Below, in pieces: positions 27,574-38,617 of a stretch of DNA of 64,000 nt. Positions within the stretch are counted from its first letter, which is position 1. Each line of letters begins with the position of its first letter. Position numbers and translations under genes: made by a program. The notes below the pieces were generated by a model. The model saw only the letters and a program-made list of their open reading frames with translations. It was not told the origin of the DNA and did not search any database. This DNA comes from Pseudomonadota bacterium (GTDB lineage Bacteria > Bdellovibrionota > Bdellovibrionia > Bdellovibrionales > SG-bin7), in NCBI GenBank assembly GCA_034439715.1, contig JAWXAY010000100.1, forward strand, positions 1 to 64,000, read 5' to 3'.

Positions 27574-29988
27574 CTACGAGATTCGCATCTTGTAGAATGA
27601 GCGCCAAACAAAATAAAGAGCTACTACAAAAAAGCCAACACCAAGAACTAAGGCTATGTCTTGTGCTGATACAGCGATTTCAACAGCCAAAAGTCCAAAC
27701 AGTGTAGTGAACTTAATAATGGGATTAAGCGCCACTGAAGACGTGTCTTTAAACGGGTCACCAACAGTATCACCGACAACGGTTGCCGCATGCAATGGTG
27801 TGCCTTTTTCTCTAAGTTCCACCTCAACTACTTTTTTAGCATTGTCCCAAGCGCCGCCGGCATTAGCCATAAACATAGCCTGATAAAGACCAAAAACTGC
27901 AATTGAAATTAAGTAGCTTGCAAAAAATGTAGGATCAAAACAAGCGAACGCTAGTGTGATAAAAAACACAACGGCAAAAATATTCCACATTCCCGCTTGC
28001 GCGTACTCGGTACATATTTTTACCACCTCTTTAGAGGACTCAACAGAAGCTCGTGTTGAGCCGTCAAGTTTTATATTCTTTTTGATGTACTCAACCGCAC
28101 GATAAGCACCGGCAGTGACCGCTTGCATAGAAGCGCCTGTAAACCAAAAAATCACCGCGCCGCCCGACATTAGGCCCAATAAGACTCTAGCATCCAAAAG
28201 ATCTAGTTTTAGTTTTAACAAAAGAATAATTGAGAAAATCATGGTCGTAGCGCCAATGACGGCGGTTCCAATAAGAACAGGTTTAGCTGTAGCTTTGAAA
28301 GTGTTTCCGGCAGAGTCGTTTTCTTCAAGATAACGTTTGCCTTTCTCAAAATTCGGCGAGAACCCAAAATCCTTTTTTATTTCCGCTGCTATACCGGGAA
28401 TACTTTCTATTTGTGAAAGCTCAAAAACTGATTGAGCGTTGTCTGTAACTGGCCCGTAACTGTCGACCGCAATAGTAACAGGGCCCATGCCCAACATGCC
28501 GAATGCCACTAAGCCAAAAGCGAATACGGCAGGAAATGCCATGTATTGATCAAGACCGTCAGAAGAAGTCATATAGGCCACCAACATGAGACCTACCATT
28601 GTCATACCCTTCCAAAAGGCACTAAAGTTACCAGCAACTAATCCAGACAGAATGGTTAGCGATGCGCCACCCTCACGAGAGGCATTAACTATTTCTGCCA
28701 CGTGTTTAGATTTCGAAGAGGTAAAAATTTTGGTGAGCTCCGGAATGATGGCGGCAGCCAAAGTTCCACAAGAAATAATAATTGAAAGTTTGAGCCATAA
28801 ATCGCCACCAAGGTCAGCTAAAATTAGATGGCTGGCAAAAAGTGTAGCTATTATAGAAACTATAGACGTGATCCAAACAAGTGAAGTCAGCGGGGCTTCA
28901 AAATCAAAATGATCTGAATTGGCAAATCGCGCCCTTGAAATAGCGCCATTGATCCAATACGAAACGATCGAAGTTCCAATCATTAGAACGCGCATTACAA
29001 ATATCCAAACAATCATTTTTGCTTGTATACTTTGATATTCAGCTCCCGGAGTAAGAGAACCATCGGGTGACATTGTCATTCCCACAGCTAAAATAATAAA
29101 AGTGATTAGCGCAACGCCAGTAACGCCATAGGTTTCAAATCCGTCGGCTGTTGGGCCTACTGAGTCTCCCGCATTATCACCCACGCAGTCAGCAATTACT
29201 CCCGGGTTACGAGCATCATCTTCTTTAATATTAAAGACGATTTTCATTAAGTCAGAGCCAATGTCGGCAATTTTTGTAAAAATACCGCCGCATATTCTTA
29301 AAACTGAAGCGCCGAGAGATTCACCAATAGCAAATCCGATAAAGCAGGCGCCAGCACTGTCGCCAGGAACAAACAAAAGAATGATGAGCATCATTAAGAG
29401 TTCTACACATATAAGTAAAACGCCTATCGACATTCCTGAACGAAGGGGGATGTCCATGACGCCATAAGGTTTTCCGGTAAGAGAGGCAAAGGCAGTGCGA
29501 CTATTTGCATAAGTATTAATTCGAATGCCAAACCACGCTACTCCATACGAGCCAAGTATACCAATGACTGACCATAATAAAATGACCAGCACCTTTCCCA
29601 ACTCAAGATGAGAGAGATAATAAAAATAAACAAAGATACATGAACCGATCGCGAGCTCTAAGTAAATTAAAAACCGGCCTTGTTGCAGAAGATAGGTCTT
29701 GCAGGTTTCATAAATGAGATGCGAGATATCAAGCATGGATTTGTGTGCGGGTAATTTTTTAACATTAAAAAACTCCCAAATACCAAAGAGCATTCCCGCT
29801 AATACTATGAGAATGCTAAATTTTAATATTCCAGTTCCTGAGTAGTCTGACCCAAAAATATTAAATGTTAGGCCTAAATCGGGAACAATAAGATCTGTTT
29901 CACTTGCGCTGGCAAGTGCCGAAAAAAATAGGCCAGAGAAAAACAAAGGAATGAACGAAAATATTTTCATGCGAGAGAGCCACGCCAT
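27574..29988 (-). CDS. hppA: Membrane-integral pyrophosphatase, K+-independent (GNxxK) type
   Basis: GGIFTK.ADIGSDL, EDDARNPGVIAD.VGDN.GD, DSYGPVTDNA, GNTFKATAK, GGAWDNAKK, GDTVGDPFKDTS. Confidence 0.95.
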   Translation of the reverse strand: MAWLSRMKIFSFIPLFFSGLFFSALASASETDLIVPDLGLTFNIFGSDYSGTGILKFSILIVLAGMLFGIWEFFNVKKLPAHKSMLDISHLIYETCKTYLLQQGRFLIYLELAIGSCIFVYFYYLSHLELGKVLVILLWSVIGILGSYGVAWFGIRINTYANSRTAFASLTGKPYGVMDIPLRSGMSIGVLLICVELLMMLIILLFVPGDSAGACFIGFAIGESLGASVLRICGGIFTKIADIGSDLMKIVFNIKEDDARNPGVIADCVGDNAGDSVGPTADGFETYGVTGVALITFIILAVGMTMSPDGSLTPGAEYQSIQAKMIVWIFVMRVLMIGTSIVSYWINGAISRARFANSDHFDFEAPLTSLVWITSIVSIIATLFASHLILADLGGDLWLKLSIIISCGTLAAAIIPELTKIFTSSKSKHVAEIVNASREGGASLTILSGLVAGNFSAFWKGMTMVGLMLVAYMTSSDGLDQYMAFPAVFAFGLVAFGMLGMGPVTIAVDSYGPVTDNAQSVFELSQIESIPGIAAEIKKDFGFSPNFEKGKRYLEENDSAGNTFKATAKPVLIGTAVIGATTMIFSIILLLKLKLDLLDARVLLGLMSGGAVIFWFTGASMQAVTAGAYRAVEYIKKNIKLDGSTRASVESSKEVVKICTEYAQAGMWNIFAVVFFITLAFACFDPTFFASYLISIAVFGLYQAMFMANAGGAWDNAKKVVEVELREKGTPLHAATVVGDTVGDPFKDTSSVALNPIIKFTTLFGLLAVEIAVSAQDIALVLGVGFFVVALYFVWRSFYKMRIS

Positions 29989-30075
29989 GAACTGCCTCCG
30001 AAGGTGTAATGGTTTGTAAAATTAAATGCTTAACGCTAGTAATTAATTTTTATTAGACAAAAAGTAAAACAATAT

Positions 30076-31104
30076 TTAACGTTTTTTTAGTTCTATTCGA
30101 GAGGCCATAAGTGAGAGCCCTATAAAAGCAGCACCAATTAATCCAGTGACGGCTTCTGGTATGTTTCGAAAGGTGTTTACGACCATAAGGACTGCGAGTG
30201 AGCCGATCGCATAGAAAGCGCCGTGTTCTAAATACTTATATTTGGACAGAGTGCCCTGTTCCACCAACAGAATAGTCAGACTGCGCACAAACATGGCGCC
30301 GACCCCTAAACCTATGGCAATAATAAAGAGGTTATTGGTTAGCGCGAAGGCACCAATTACGCCATCTAAGCTAAAAGAAGCGTCAATTAACTCTAAATAG
30401 ACAAACATCATAGCGCTCGCTTTTTGGGCATCTGCCATAACATCCTCAGAAATCTGTAATAGATCTCCAATTCCTTCAACGACAATAAAAATAATTATGC
30501 CTATTAGGCCAGCAATTAAAAAGACTTCACGATCGTGAGGTTGTAAAAATCTTGAGGCTCCAACCAAAGCAATTAATGCGATAACAATTTCTATCGCCTC
30601 AATTCGGCCAGCTCGCGAGAGGCCAGTTTCCAAGAGTTTGATCCAATGGACCTCTTTACTAGCATCAAAAAAATATTTTAAGCAAACCATGAGCAAAAAG
30701 AAGCCACCGAAGGCGCCAATCTCAATGTGAACTGATTTCATGATTCGCTCGTATTCCAGTGGCTGGGTGGCGGCGAGCATTAATGCTTCATAGGGATTGA
30801 GGTGGGCTACGATGCTAATAATCGCTAGCGGAAATACGAGTCGCATGCCAAATACAGCAATGGCAATACCCCAAGTTAAAAATCTCTGGCGCCAGAGATC
30901 GGTCATCTTGCGCAAAATAGTCGCGTTCACGACAGCATTGTCAAACGACAGAGAGATCTCGAGGACGGTCAGTATGGCAACTAAAAAAACGGTCTTTAGT
31001 GCGCCCGATACTGTACCATAAAAATAAAAGCCATAAAAATAGCCAGCAATAAGCCCCAGAACAGTAACTAAAAGTGAACCTTTAAAATAACGCCAGTTTT
31101 GCAT
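30076..31104 (-). CDS. DUF475 (TerC-related) membrane protein
   Basis: LEISLSFDNAVVNA, GMRLVFP, YLE.IDASFSLDGVIGAFA, YLEHGAFYAI. Confidence 0.9.
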   Translation of the reverse strand: MQNWRYFKGSLLVTVLGLIAGYFYGFYFYGTVSGALKTVFLVAILTVLEISLSFDNAVVNATILRKMTDLWRQRFLTWGIAIAVFGMRLVFPLAIISIVAHLNPYEALMLAATQPLEYERIMKSVHIEIGAFGGFFLLMVCLKYFFDASKEVHWIKLLETGLSRAGRIEAIEIVIALIALVGASRFLQPHDREVFLIAGLIGIIIFIVVEGIGDLLQISEDVMADAQKASAMMFVYLELIDASFSLDGVIGAFALTNNLFIIAIGLGVGAMFVRSLTILLVEQGTLSKYKYLEHGAFYAIGSLAVLMVVNTFRNIPEAVTGLIGAAFIGLSLMASRIELKKR

Positions 31105-31212
31105 ATTTAGAGATGATACTAATTTGCAATTATTGGCAGTCAATCGAAATAACTTTACCTTGCCATAAATAGCAGTGGTAATTAATAATTGATTTGTCGA
31201 GGGGGCCCACGT

Positions 31213-32406
31213 ATGAAAGCATTAAAATTAACAAATAGATCTAATCTGATTTTGGCTACTTTATTAGTCACAGCTGGAATTTTTAATACCAGTTGCACCA
31301 AAGAAGAAAACAAATCGCCAGAAATTGCGAAAGCACAGACACCTCAATCCGAGGAAATTAAAATCGGATTGGTGGGGTCACTCACGGGGGGGCAAGCGTC
31401 CTTTGGTCAGTCGACTCAAAAAGGCGCTGAGTTTGCCGTTAACGAAATCAATAATGGCGGAGGCGTGGCTGGCAAAAAACTCAAACTGATTTCTCTTGAT
31501 GACCAGGGAAAACCCGAAGAGGCTGCGACTGTTGTCACGCGACTTATCTCGCAAGATAAAGTAACGGCAATATTGGGCGAGGTGGCGAGCTCAATTAGTC
31601 TTGCTATGGCACCAATTGCGCAAAAAAATAAAATCCCTATGATCACGCCGTCATCTACAAATCCAAAGGTTACAGAAATTGGCGATTTTATTTTTAGGGT
31701 TTGTTTTATCGATCCCTTTCAGGGCAGCGTGATGGCAAAATTTGCGACCGAGGATCTCAAAATTAAAAAAGTCGCAGTACTAACCGACGTAAAAAATGAT
31801 TATAGCGTGGGTCTGGCCCAATTTTTTAAAGATAAATTTACCAGTTTGGGTGGTAAAATAGTCGTTGAACAAAGTTATTCGGCCGGAGACATGGATTTTA
31901 AATCTCAGTTGACCTCAATCAAAGCTAAAAACCCCGACGCTATTTATGTCCCCGGCTATTATACCGAGGTGGCGCTCATTGCTCGGCAGGCAAAGGGGCT
32001 TGGCTTAAATGTACCACTCATGGGCGGAGATGGTTGGGATTCGCCAAAGCTTCAAGAAATCGGCGGCAAGGCCATTGAAGGCAGTTATTTTTCAAGTCAT
32101 TATTCGGCGGAAGACAAATCACCTATTGTACAAGAGTTTATTGAAAAATTTAAAAAAACCTACGGCATAGTGCCTGATGCATTAACGGCACTAGGCTACG
32201 ACGCAGTTAAAGTTCTTGTTGAGGCGATGAAGCGCACCGACAATCTTGATACCACAAAAATTCGCAATGAAATTGCGAGCACCAAAAATTATCAGGGCGT
32301 TACAGGATTAATTACGATAGATGAAAAAAGAAATCCCGTAAAGTCGGCTGTAGTTTTAAAAGTGGTAAGCACTGGGTTTAAGTATCAGACCACCGTGAAC
32401 CCCTGA
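31213..32406 (+). CDS. livK: Branched-chain amino acid ABC transporter substrate-binding lipoprotein
   Basis: SLTG..A.FG, GEVASS, STNP.VT, FRVCFIDPFQG, DFK.QLT, GDGW. Confidence 0.9.
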   Translation: MKALKLTNRSNLILATLLVTAGIFNTSCTKEENKSPEIAKAQTPQSEEIKIGLVGSLTGGQASFGQSTQKGAEFAVNEINNGGGVAGKKLKLISLDDQGKPEEAATVVTRLISQDKVTAILGEVASSISLAMAPIAQKNKIPMITPSSTNPKVTEIGDFIFRVCFIDPFQGSVMAKFATEDLKIKKVAVLTDVKNDYSVGLAQFFKDKFTSLGGKIVVEQSYSAGDMDFKSQLTSIKAKNPDAIYVPGYYTEVALIARQAKGLGLNVPLMGGDGWDSPKLQEIGGKAIEGSYFSSHYSAEDKSPIVQEFIEKFKKTYGIVPDALTALGYDAVKVLVEAMKRTDNLDTTKIRNEIASTKNYQGVTGLITIDEKRNPVKSAVVLKVVSTGFKYQTTVNP

Positions 32407-33308
32407 TGTCTGAGTTTCTCCAACACGTAATTAACGGTGTGTCTCTGGGTAGCATCTATGCCCTGATAGCGCTTGGTTATACGATGGTGTTTGGAATTTT
32501 AGGCCTCATTAATTTTGCCCATGGTGAAGTTTATATGTTGGGGGCTTTTTCTGGTTATTATTTTTCACGCTGGTTTCATCTCCAAGAAAGCTCTTCGCCG
32601 AGCGGATTATTTTTAGTACTTGCATTGTCTATGGCGACTAGTGGCTTGGCCGGATTTATTATTGAGCGCTTAGCCTACCGTCCCTTGAGACAATCCCCGC
32701 GAATAAATCTTTTGATCACTGCCGTGGGGGTTTCATTATTTTTGCAGTTTTCGGGCCAAGTTATTTTTGGGGCTGACCCTCAATCGTTTCCACAAATTTA
32801 CCAGCCGGCAGAACAATGGAATTTCGGCGATATAAGTATCAATCCACTTCAAGCAACAGTATTAGGGATTTCGATAGGATTAATGGCACTCCTTCAGTTT
32901 ATAATTTATTTTACTCGCTTCGGTCGAGCCATGCGGGCCGTGAGTTTTGATCATAATCTCGCAAGCCTAATGGGTATTCCAACCAACCAAATTATTTCTT
33001 TTACATTTGTATTAGGTTCTGCGCTGGCGGGCGCGGCGGGGGTATTGGTGGGGCTAATTTATCCTCGCATTGAGCCACTCATGGGAGTGATGCCGGGATT
33101 AAAGGCCTTCGTGTCAGCGGTTTTAGGAGGGATCGGCAGCATCGTTGGCGCGGTGGTTGGTGCCATCACGCTAGGACTGGCTGAAGAATTTTTGGTAGGT
33201 TATTGGAAGCCCAGTTACCGTGATGCTTTGGCTTTTGCTGTCCTTATATTGATTTTACTTTTTAAGCCCACGGGTCTTTTTGGCAAAAAAACGAGCGAGA
33301 AGGTTTAA
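32406..33308 (+). CDS. livH: Branched-chain amino acid ABC permease
   Basis: YALIALGYTMVFG...INFAHGE, GRAMRAV, KAF..AVLGGIG. Confidence 0.93.
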   Translation: MSEFLQHVINGVSLGSIYALIALGYTMVFGILGLINFAHGEVYMLGAFSGYYFSRWFHLQESSSPSGLFLVLALSMATSGLAGFIIERLAYRPLRQSPRINLLITAVGVSLFLQFSGQVIFGADPQSFPQIYQPAEQWNFGDISINPLQATVLGISIGLMALLQFIIYFTRFGRAMRAVSFDHNLASLMGIPTNQIISFTFVLGSALAGAAGVLVGLIYPRIEPLMGVMPGLKAFVSAVLGGIGSIVGAVVGAITLGLAEEFLVGYWKPSYRDALAFAVLILILLFKPTGLFGKKTSEKV

Positions 33309-33310
33309 AA

Positions 33311-34342
33311 ATGGAAGTCGAAAACTTTAGGACTAGATTTGGCCTTAACTCCCTGTGGATGTGGTTTTTCTTATTAGCGAACGTCATTCTCTTTCAAATA
33401 TTTTTTGTTGGTCACATTGCTCCTTACGCATTTTCAATTGTTATGTACGCAGGGATCAACATTATTTTGGCGGTTTCATTAAACTTAGTGAATGGCTTTA
33501 CGGGACAATTTTCGATGGGGCACGCCGGTTTTATGGCCGTTGGCGCCTACACGTCAGCCTTTTTGACGGGGTATTTTCAATTGCATCTGGGAGAGAGTTT
33601 TTCAAATCCGCTTATTTCAAATAGCCTGTTTTTTTTGGCTCTGGTAATTGGGGGACTTCTATCGGCCGGGTTTGGCTATATAGTGGGCCTGCCATCACTC
33701 AGACTTAAAGGAGACTACCTGGCTATTGTAACTTTAGGCTTTGGTGAAATTATTCGTGTCCTAATTTTAAATATGGATTTCTTAGGTGCCGCTCGAGGAA
33801 TGCCAGGGATAGCGGGTCTTTCCAACTTTGCCTGGGTTTATGGTTTAGTAGTTATAACAATCTTTTTTATTTCCAGAATAATTCAATCAGCTCATGGGCG
33901 GGCGTTAATGGCGGTTCGTGAGGATGAAATCGCAGCGCAAGCTATGGGAATAAATGTCACCCAAACCAAAGTGCGAGCTTTTGTTATCGGGTCCTTTTTT
34001 GCGGGAATTGCTGGCGGCTTATTTGCTCATTATTTAAGTTTTTTAAGTCCGGCAATTTTTGATTTTAACAAGAGCTTTGAAATAATTATTATGGTTGTAC
34101 TAGGGGGTATGGGCAGCATCACGGGATCTTTTATTGCCGCACTGTTTTTAACAGTTTTGCGCGAGGCCTTACGGGGACTGCAAGACATTACCAAGGTCGA
34201 TCTACGCATGGTAATCTATTCGCTGGTTCTTATCCTACTTATGTTAACAAGACCCAATGGACTTTTTGGCAAAAAAGAATTTTTTGATTTTCTGCCACGA
34301 CGAATACGGCATTTTTTTGGTCGAAGGGGTCCGGCAACATGA
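33311..34342 (+). CDS. livM: Branched-chain amino acid ABC permease
   Basis: LNLVNG..GQ.SMGHAGF, LRLKGDYLAIVTLGFGEI, REDEIAA. Confidence 0.93.
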   Translation: MEVENFRTRFGLNSLWMWFFLLANVILFQIFFVGHIAPYAFSIVMYAGINIILAVSLNLVNGFTGQFSMGHAGFMAVGAYTSAFLTGYFQLHLGESFSNPLISNSLFFLALVIGGLLSAGFGYIVGLPSLRLKGDYLAIVTLGFGEIIRVLILNMDFLGAARGMPGIAGLSNFAWVYGLVVITIFFISRIIQSAHGRALMAVREDEIAAQAMGINVTQTKVRAFVIGSFFAGIAGGLFAHYLSFLSPAIFDFNKSFEIIIMVVLGGMGSITGSFIAALFLTVLREALRGLQDITKVDLRMVIYSLVLILLMLTRPNGLFGKKEFFDFLPRRIRHFFGRRGPAT

Positions 34343-35127
34343 GCAGCGCGATTTCACTAGAAAAACTAAGTATTCAGTTTGGCGGACTGAAAGCTGTTTC
34401 TGATCTCGACCTTAACGTGCCTAATGGCAGTATTTTTGGCCTCATTGGTCCCAATGGTGCCGGTAAGACTACAGTTTTTAATATGATCACGGGAGTGTAT
34501 CAACCTACCTCAGGGCAAATCAAAACATTTTCAGAATCACTCAACGGCTTAAAGCCTCATGAGGTTACGCGAAAAGGTTTGGCCAGAACGTTTCAGAATA
34601 TTCGACTCTTTAAAGAGCTAACTGTGCTTGAAAACCTACTGATTTCTCTGGATAACCATCAGGATGTAAAAAAGTATAATATTTTTACGTCAGTTTTTCT
34701 TGGTAAGTCAGTTTTGGAAAATGAGCTCGCTAAAATTAAAAAGGCATTTGAATTTCTGAAAATAATTAAATGTGAGGACCGCTGGCATTTGTTAGCTAAA
34801 AATCTGCCTTATGGTGATCAGCGTCGTCTTGAAATGGCTCGTGCCATGGCCACCGGGGCAAAAGTTTTACTACTAGATGAACCTGCTGCGGGGCTTAATC
34901 CTCAAGAAACAAATGGCCTAATGGAAACGATTCGGTCGATAAGAAAAAATCATAGTCTTACGATTTTTTTAATTGAGCATGACATGAAATTAGTCATGGG
35001 AATTTGTGAGCGGATTGCTGTTCTGGAGTACGGCATAAAAATAGCTGAAGGCACGCCACAAGAAATTCAGAAAAACCCAAGAGTGATAGAGGCTTACTTG
35101 GGAAAGGAGACGGTGACAAATGCTTAA
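34339..35127 (+). CDS. livG: Branched-chain amino acid ABC ATPase
   Basis: GPNGAGKT, RTFQNIRLF, LPYG.QRRLE, LLLDEP, EHDM. Confidence 0.95.
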   Translation: MSSAISLEKLSIQFGGLKAVSDLDLNVPNGSIFGLIGPNGAGKTTVFNMITGVYQPTSGQIKTFSESLNGLKPHEVTRKGLARTFQNIRLFKELTVLENLLISLDNHQDVKKYNIFTSVFLGKSVLENELAKIKKAFEFLKIIKCEDRWHLLAKNLPYGDQRRLEMARAMATGAKVLLLDEPAAGLNPQETNGLMETIRSIRKNHSLTIFLIEHDMKLVMGICERIAVLEYGIKIAEGTPQEIQKNPRVIEAYLGKETVTNA

Positions 35128-35824
35128 GGTCGACAACCTTTCAGTCTCCTATGGCGCCGTCAAAGCGGTGAGGCATGTTTCTTTTGATGTGCCAAAAGGT
35201 AAAATAGTAACTTTGATTGGCGCTAATGGAGCCGGAAAGACTTCTGTTTTGCGCTCTATTTCGGGGCTGGTAAAACCTGAAGGCGGGCAGATAATATTTA
35301 AAAATCATTTGATCACAAAATTAAAAGCCCATGAGATAGTTAGAATAAAAATTACCCATGTACCTGAGGGTCGGGGAATTTTTTTAAATCTAACGGTCGA
35401 AGAAAATTTAGACCTCGGCGCCTGGACCGCGCCTGATAAAAACTCTCTTAAAGCTGATCTCGACTATGTTTTTGAACTTTTTCCGAGATTAAAAGAGCGC
35501 CTAAAGCAAAACTCAGGAACTTTATCAGGTGGCGAGCTTCAAATGTTAGCTATTGGGCGTGCGCTCATGAGTCATCCTGAATTACTTCTTTTGGATGAGC
35601 CAAGCTTAGGATTAGCGCCTCAAATGATTCAGAGAATTTTTGAAATTGTACAAAAAATTAACTCCCAGGGCACAACGATTTTGTTGGTGGAGCAAAATGC
35701 TTTGCAGGCTTTAAGGATTTCACATTTTGGAGTTGTGCTCGAGACTGGTACCGTTTTGTTAAAGGGTGAGGCCAAAGACATTTTGAAGTCAGATCAAGTA
35801 AAAAAAGCCTATTTAGGGGAATAA
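35120..35824 (+). CDS. livF: Branched-chain amino acid ABC ATPase
   Basis: GANGAGKT, VPEGR, LSGGE.QM, LLDEPSLGL, VEQN. Confidence 0.95.
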   Translation: MLKVDNLSVSYGAVKAVRHVSFDVPKGKIVTLIGANGAGKTSVLRSISGLVKPEGGQIIFKNHLITKLKAHEIVRIKITHVPEGRGIFLNLTVEENLDLGAWTAPDKNSLKADLDYVFELFPRLKERLKQNSGTLSGGELQMLAIGRALMSHPELLLLDEPSLGLAPQMIQRIFEIVQKINSQGTTILLVEQNALQALRISHFGVVLETGTVLLKGEAKDILKSDQVKKAYLGE

Positions 35825-35833
35825 AAAAGACCT

Positions 35834-37087
35834 ATGAAAAATCACGTTAGATTGCTCTTGGCACTTATATTGGGACTAGCGCTTGGTCTTTTTTCACATT
35901 CTTACAGTGACCAGGAGTTTTTGCAATTTTTAAGTACTAGCATCCTTGCACCTATAGGCAGAGTATTTTTACGCACTATTTTTATGGTTGTAGTACCCAT
36001 GGTTGTCTCAGCATTAATACTTGGAATTTATGAACTCACGCATTCTCAAGGGTTAGGGAAGATAGCCTTGACTACATTAAAATTTACAGTGATATCGAGC
36101 GCACTTTCAGTGATTGTCGGGATTAGTTTAGTGAACTTGGTCAAACCGGGTAAAATCTCATCTCTGGTTAGCATGGACGGCGGAATGGCTAATATTGACG
36201 ATATTGAAACTAAGGCCAGCGCCACAAAACCGCTCAGTGAAATTCTGGTGAGCATCATTCCCGACAATCCCTTGCGCTCGGCTTTAAATGCCCTTGAGGG
36301 AGAGATGCTCTCGCTCATGTTTTTTTCTCTGATTTTTGGTTTGGCATTTGGATTCACGGCCAAAGAAAATAAATATGGCGAGGGGGGGTTGTTTTCTGTA
36401 TTGGAGCAAGTTTACGCCACGTGTATGAAGATCGTAGAATTTGCCATGAGGCTGGCGCCACTTGCGGTGTTTTCGTTAGTGTTTAATTCAGCTTTTAAGT
36501 TCGGTCACGGAGTTTTTGTTTCTCTCTTTGCCTACATTTGCGTTGTTGTAGTGGGGCTACTTATTCAGCAATTTGGCGTTTATACTTTTTTATTAAAAAC
36601 GTTTACCAAGTGGTCACCAAGAGAATTTTTTGGTCACTGTCGCGAGGTTTATCTCTATGCTTTTTCGACAGCGTCTTCGAACGCAACGCTACCAAAAGCC
36701 CTAGCTACGGCTGAACACAACTTAAAATTGTCAAAAAAGATTTCGCGATTTGTTCTTACAATAGGTTCAACCGCTAATCAAAACGGCACGGCTCTTTTTG
36801 AGGGCGTAACCGTACTTTTTTTAGCCCAACTTTATAACGTTGATCTTTCGCTCGGCCAGCAGGTTCAAGTGGTATTAATGTCGATACTGGCTGGAATTGG
36901 CACGGCCGGAGTGCCGGGCGGCTCGCTTCCGCTTATTATGATATTGCTCAATCAGGTGGGGGTACCCGCTGAGGGGCTTGGCCTTATTTTAGGAGTTGAT
37001 CGGTTTCTTGATATGTGTCGTACTACGGTGAATGTTAGCGGTGATCTAGTCATTGCCGCCATTGTCGACGAAAGGTCTAAAACATGA
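35834..37087 (+). CDS. Dicarboxylate/amino acid:cation symporter (DAACS, GltP-like)
   Basis: FSTASSNATLP, G.TANQNGTALFEG, GTAGVPGG, DRFLDMCRT..NV.GD. Confidence 0.93.
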   Translation: MKNHVRLLLALILGLALGLFSHSYSDQEFLQFLSTSILAPIGRVFLRTIFMVVVPMVVSALILGIYELTHSQGLGKIALTTLKFTVISSALSVIVGISLVNLVKPGKISSLVSMDGGMANIDDIETKASATKPLSEILVSIIPDNPLRSALNALEGEMLSLMFFSLIFGLAFGFTAKENKYGEGGLFSVLEQVYATCMKIVEFAMRLAPLAVFSLVFNSAFKFGHGVFVSLFAYICVVVVGLLIQQFGVYTFLLKTFTKWSPREFFGHCREVYLYAFSTASSNATLPKALATAEHNLKLSKKISRFVLTIGSTANQNGTALFEGVTVLFLAQLYNVDLSLGQQVQVVLMSILAGIGTAGVPGGSLPLIMILLNQVGVPAEGLGLILGVDRFLDMCRTTVNVSGDLVIAAIVDERSKT

Positions 37088-37530
37088 AAGTTTTTTTTAG
37101 GGTTTTTATTTTGAGTCTGAGTTTGGGGCTGAGTTCCTGTGCCCTTTTGTTTTTTAAAAACCCCGAATTGAAAGTAGAAAGTGTTGAACTTGAAAGAGTT
37201 GATTCAAAGGACCTTTTACTAAATGTTAAACTTCACGTTAAAAACCCTAATTCTTTTAATTTAGAAATTTCACAGATCGATTATAAAATTATTATTAACG
37301 AGAGCGCGGTGGCCGATAGTTCTGTCACCAAAAAATATGAAATACCTAAAGAGGGTGAGACTACTCTGACCCTTCCAGTAAAATTTAGTACAACGGATCT
37401 TATCGGCTCTGCCCTTGAAATATTAGTCTCGAAAAAGTTTAGTTATAAAATGGCAGGAGTCATTCGACACAAGGGTATGCGGGTGCCCTTTTCAAGTGAA
37501 GGTGATTTAAGAAAAAAGGTATTTCAATAG
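37084..37530 (+). CDS. LEA_2/WHy-domain lipoprotein
   Basis: Lipobox LSSC; V.NPNSF.L.I..IDY motif. Confidence 0.85.
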   Translation: MKVFFRVFILSLSLGLSSCALLFFKNPELKVESVELERVDSKDLLLNVKLHVKNPNSFNLEISQIDYKIIINESAVADSSVTKKYEIPKEGETTLTLPVKFSTTDLIGSALEILVSKKFSYKMAGVIRHKGMRVPFSSEGDLRKKVFQ

Positions 37531-37536
37531 AGAGTG

Positions 37537-38031
37537 CTAATCTCGCAAGTAATGACATGAAATTCCACCATTTCTTTCGAAATACCTCTGATGATATTCT
37601 TCGGCAGGGTAGAACTTTTGTGCGGGTGCAATTTCTGTCACAATAGGGTTTTTAAATTTGCCTGAGGCTTGCCATTTTTCTTTCGAGACTATAGCCTTTT
37701 TTTCCTGCTCTTCAGAGTGACAATAAATCACTGAGCGGTATTGAGTTCCTGAGTCTGGACCTTGCCGATTTAAAGTTGTGGGATCATGTAACCTAAAAAA
37801 ATAATCTAAAACAGTCTCAAATGAAATTTGTGTTGAATCAAATTCAATTTGAACAACTTCGGCATGGCCCGTTTGGCCAGTACAAATATCCTTGTATGAG
37901 GGGCTTTCGGTTTTTCCGCCACAATACCCACAGGTGGCGCTTAAAACGCCCTCAACTTTACGAAGAAGGTCTTCGACCCCCCAAAAACAACCAGCGCCTA
38001 AAGTGGCAAGCTCAGTGTTTTTCATCGCCAC
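37537..38031 (-). CDS. msrA: Peptide-methionine (S)-S-oxide reductase
   Basis: GCFWG, GHAEVV, HDPT..NRQG.D.G.QYRS, AEEYHQ.Y. Confidence 0.97.
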   Translation of the reverse strand: MAMKNTELATLGAGCFWGVEDLLRKVEGVLSATCGYCGGKTESPSYKDICTGQTGHAEVVQIEFDSTQISFETVLDYFFRLHDPTTLNRQGPDSGTQYRSVIYCHSEEQEKKAIVSKEKWQASGKFKNPIVTEIAPAQKFYPAEEYHQRYFERNGGISCHYLRD

Positions 38032-38575
38032 CCTTTTCTTTCACATTTTTAAACAAATCCAAGAACTCACCGTAGCCTTCTTCTTTTAGTTTGGCGATTG
38101 GTATAAACCTCATCGACGCAGAATTCATGCAGTATCTTTTTCCTGTAGGCTTGGGACCATCACTAAAAACGTGTCCCAAGTGGGAGTCACTATTTTTTCC
38201 ACGTACCTCTGTTCGGGGGTACAGGAGCTTCCAATCGGTTTTTGACAAAACATTTTCAGCGACTAGCGGTTTGGTAAAACTTGGCCAGCCGGTTCCTGAA
38301 TCAAATTTATCAAGCGAACTAAAAAGAGGATCGCCAGAAATGATATCCACGTAAATTCCGTTCTCCTTGTTATCCCAGTATTCGTTCTTAAAGGGTGGTT
38401 CCGTTCCCTCTTCCTGAGTGACATTGAATTGGACTATAGTGAGTTCTTTCCTTAAATCTTTGCCGATGAGACTTTTCTTCCATTTTGTTTGAGACACTAG
38501 TTTTTCCTCTGCTGCTACGCAACCCCACTGATAAAATATAATCATGACGATAACAAATAACTTCTTATTAATCAC
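38012..38575 (-). CDS. msrB: Peptide-methionine (R)-S-oxide reductase with export signal
   Basis: [32 protein letters not shown]; hydrophobic N-terminus. Confidence 0.96.
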   Translation of the reverse strand: MINKKLFVIVMIIFYQWGCVAAEEKLVSQTKWKKSLIGKDLRKELTIVQFNVTQEEGTEPPFKNEYWDNKENGIYVDIISGDPLFSSLDKFDSGTGWPSFTKPLVAENVLSKTDWKLLYPRTEVRGKNSDSHLGHVFSDGPKPTGKRYCMNSASMRFIPIAKLKEEGYGEFLDLFKNVKEKGGDEKH

Positions 38576-38617
38576 GGCTCGCCCCCTCCAGATACTCTAA
38601 AAAAAAACGAGTTAAAG

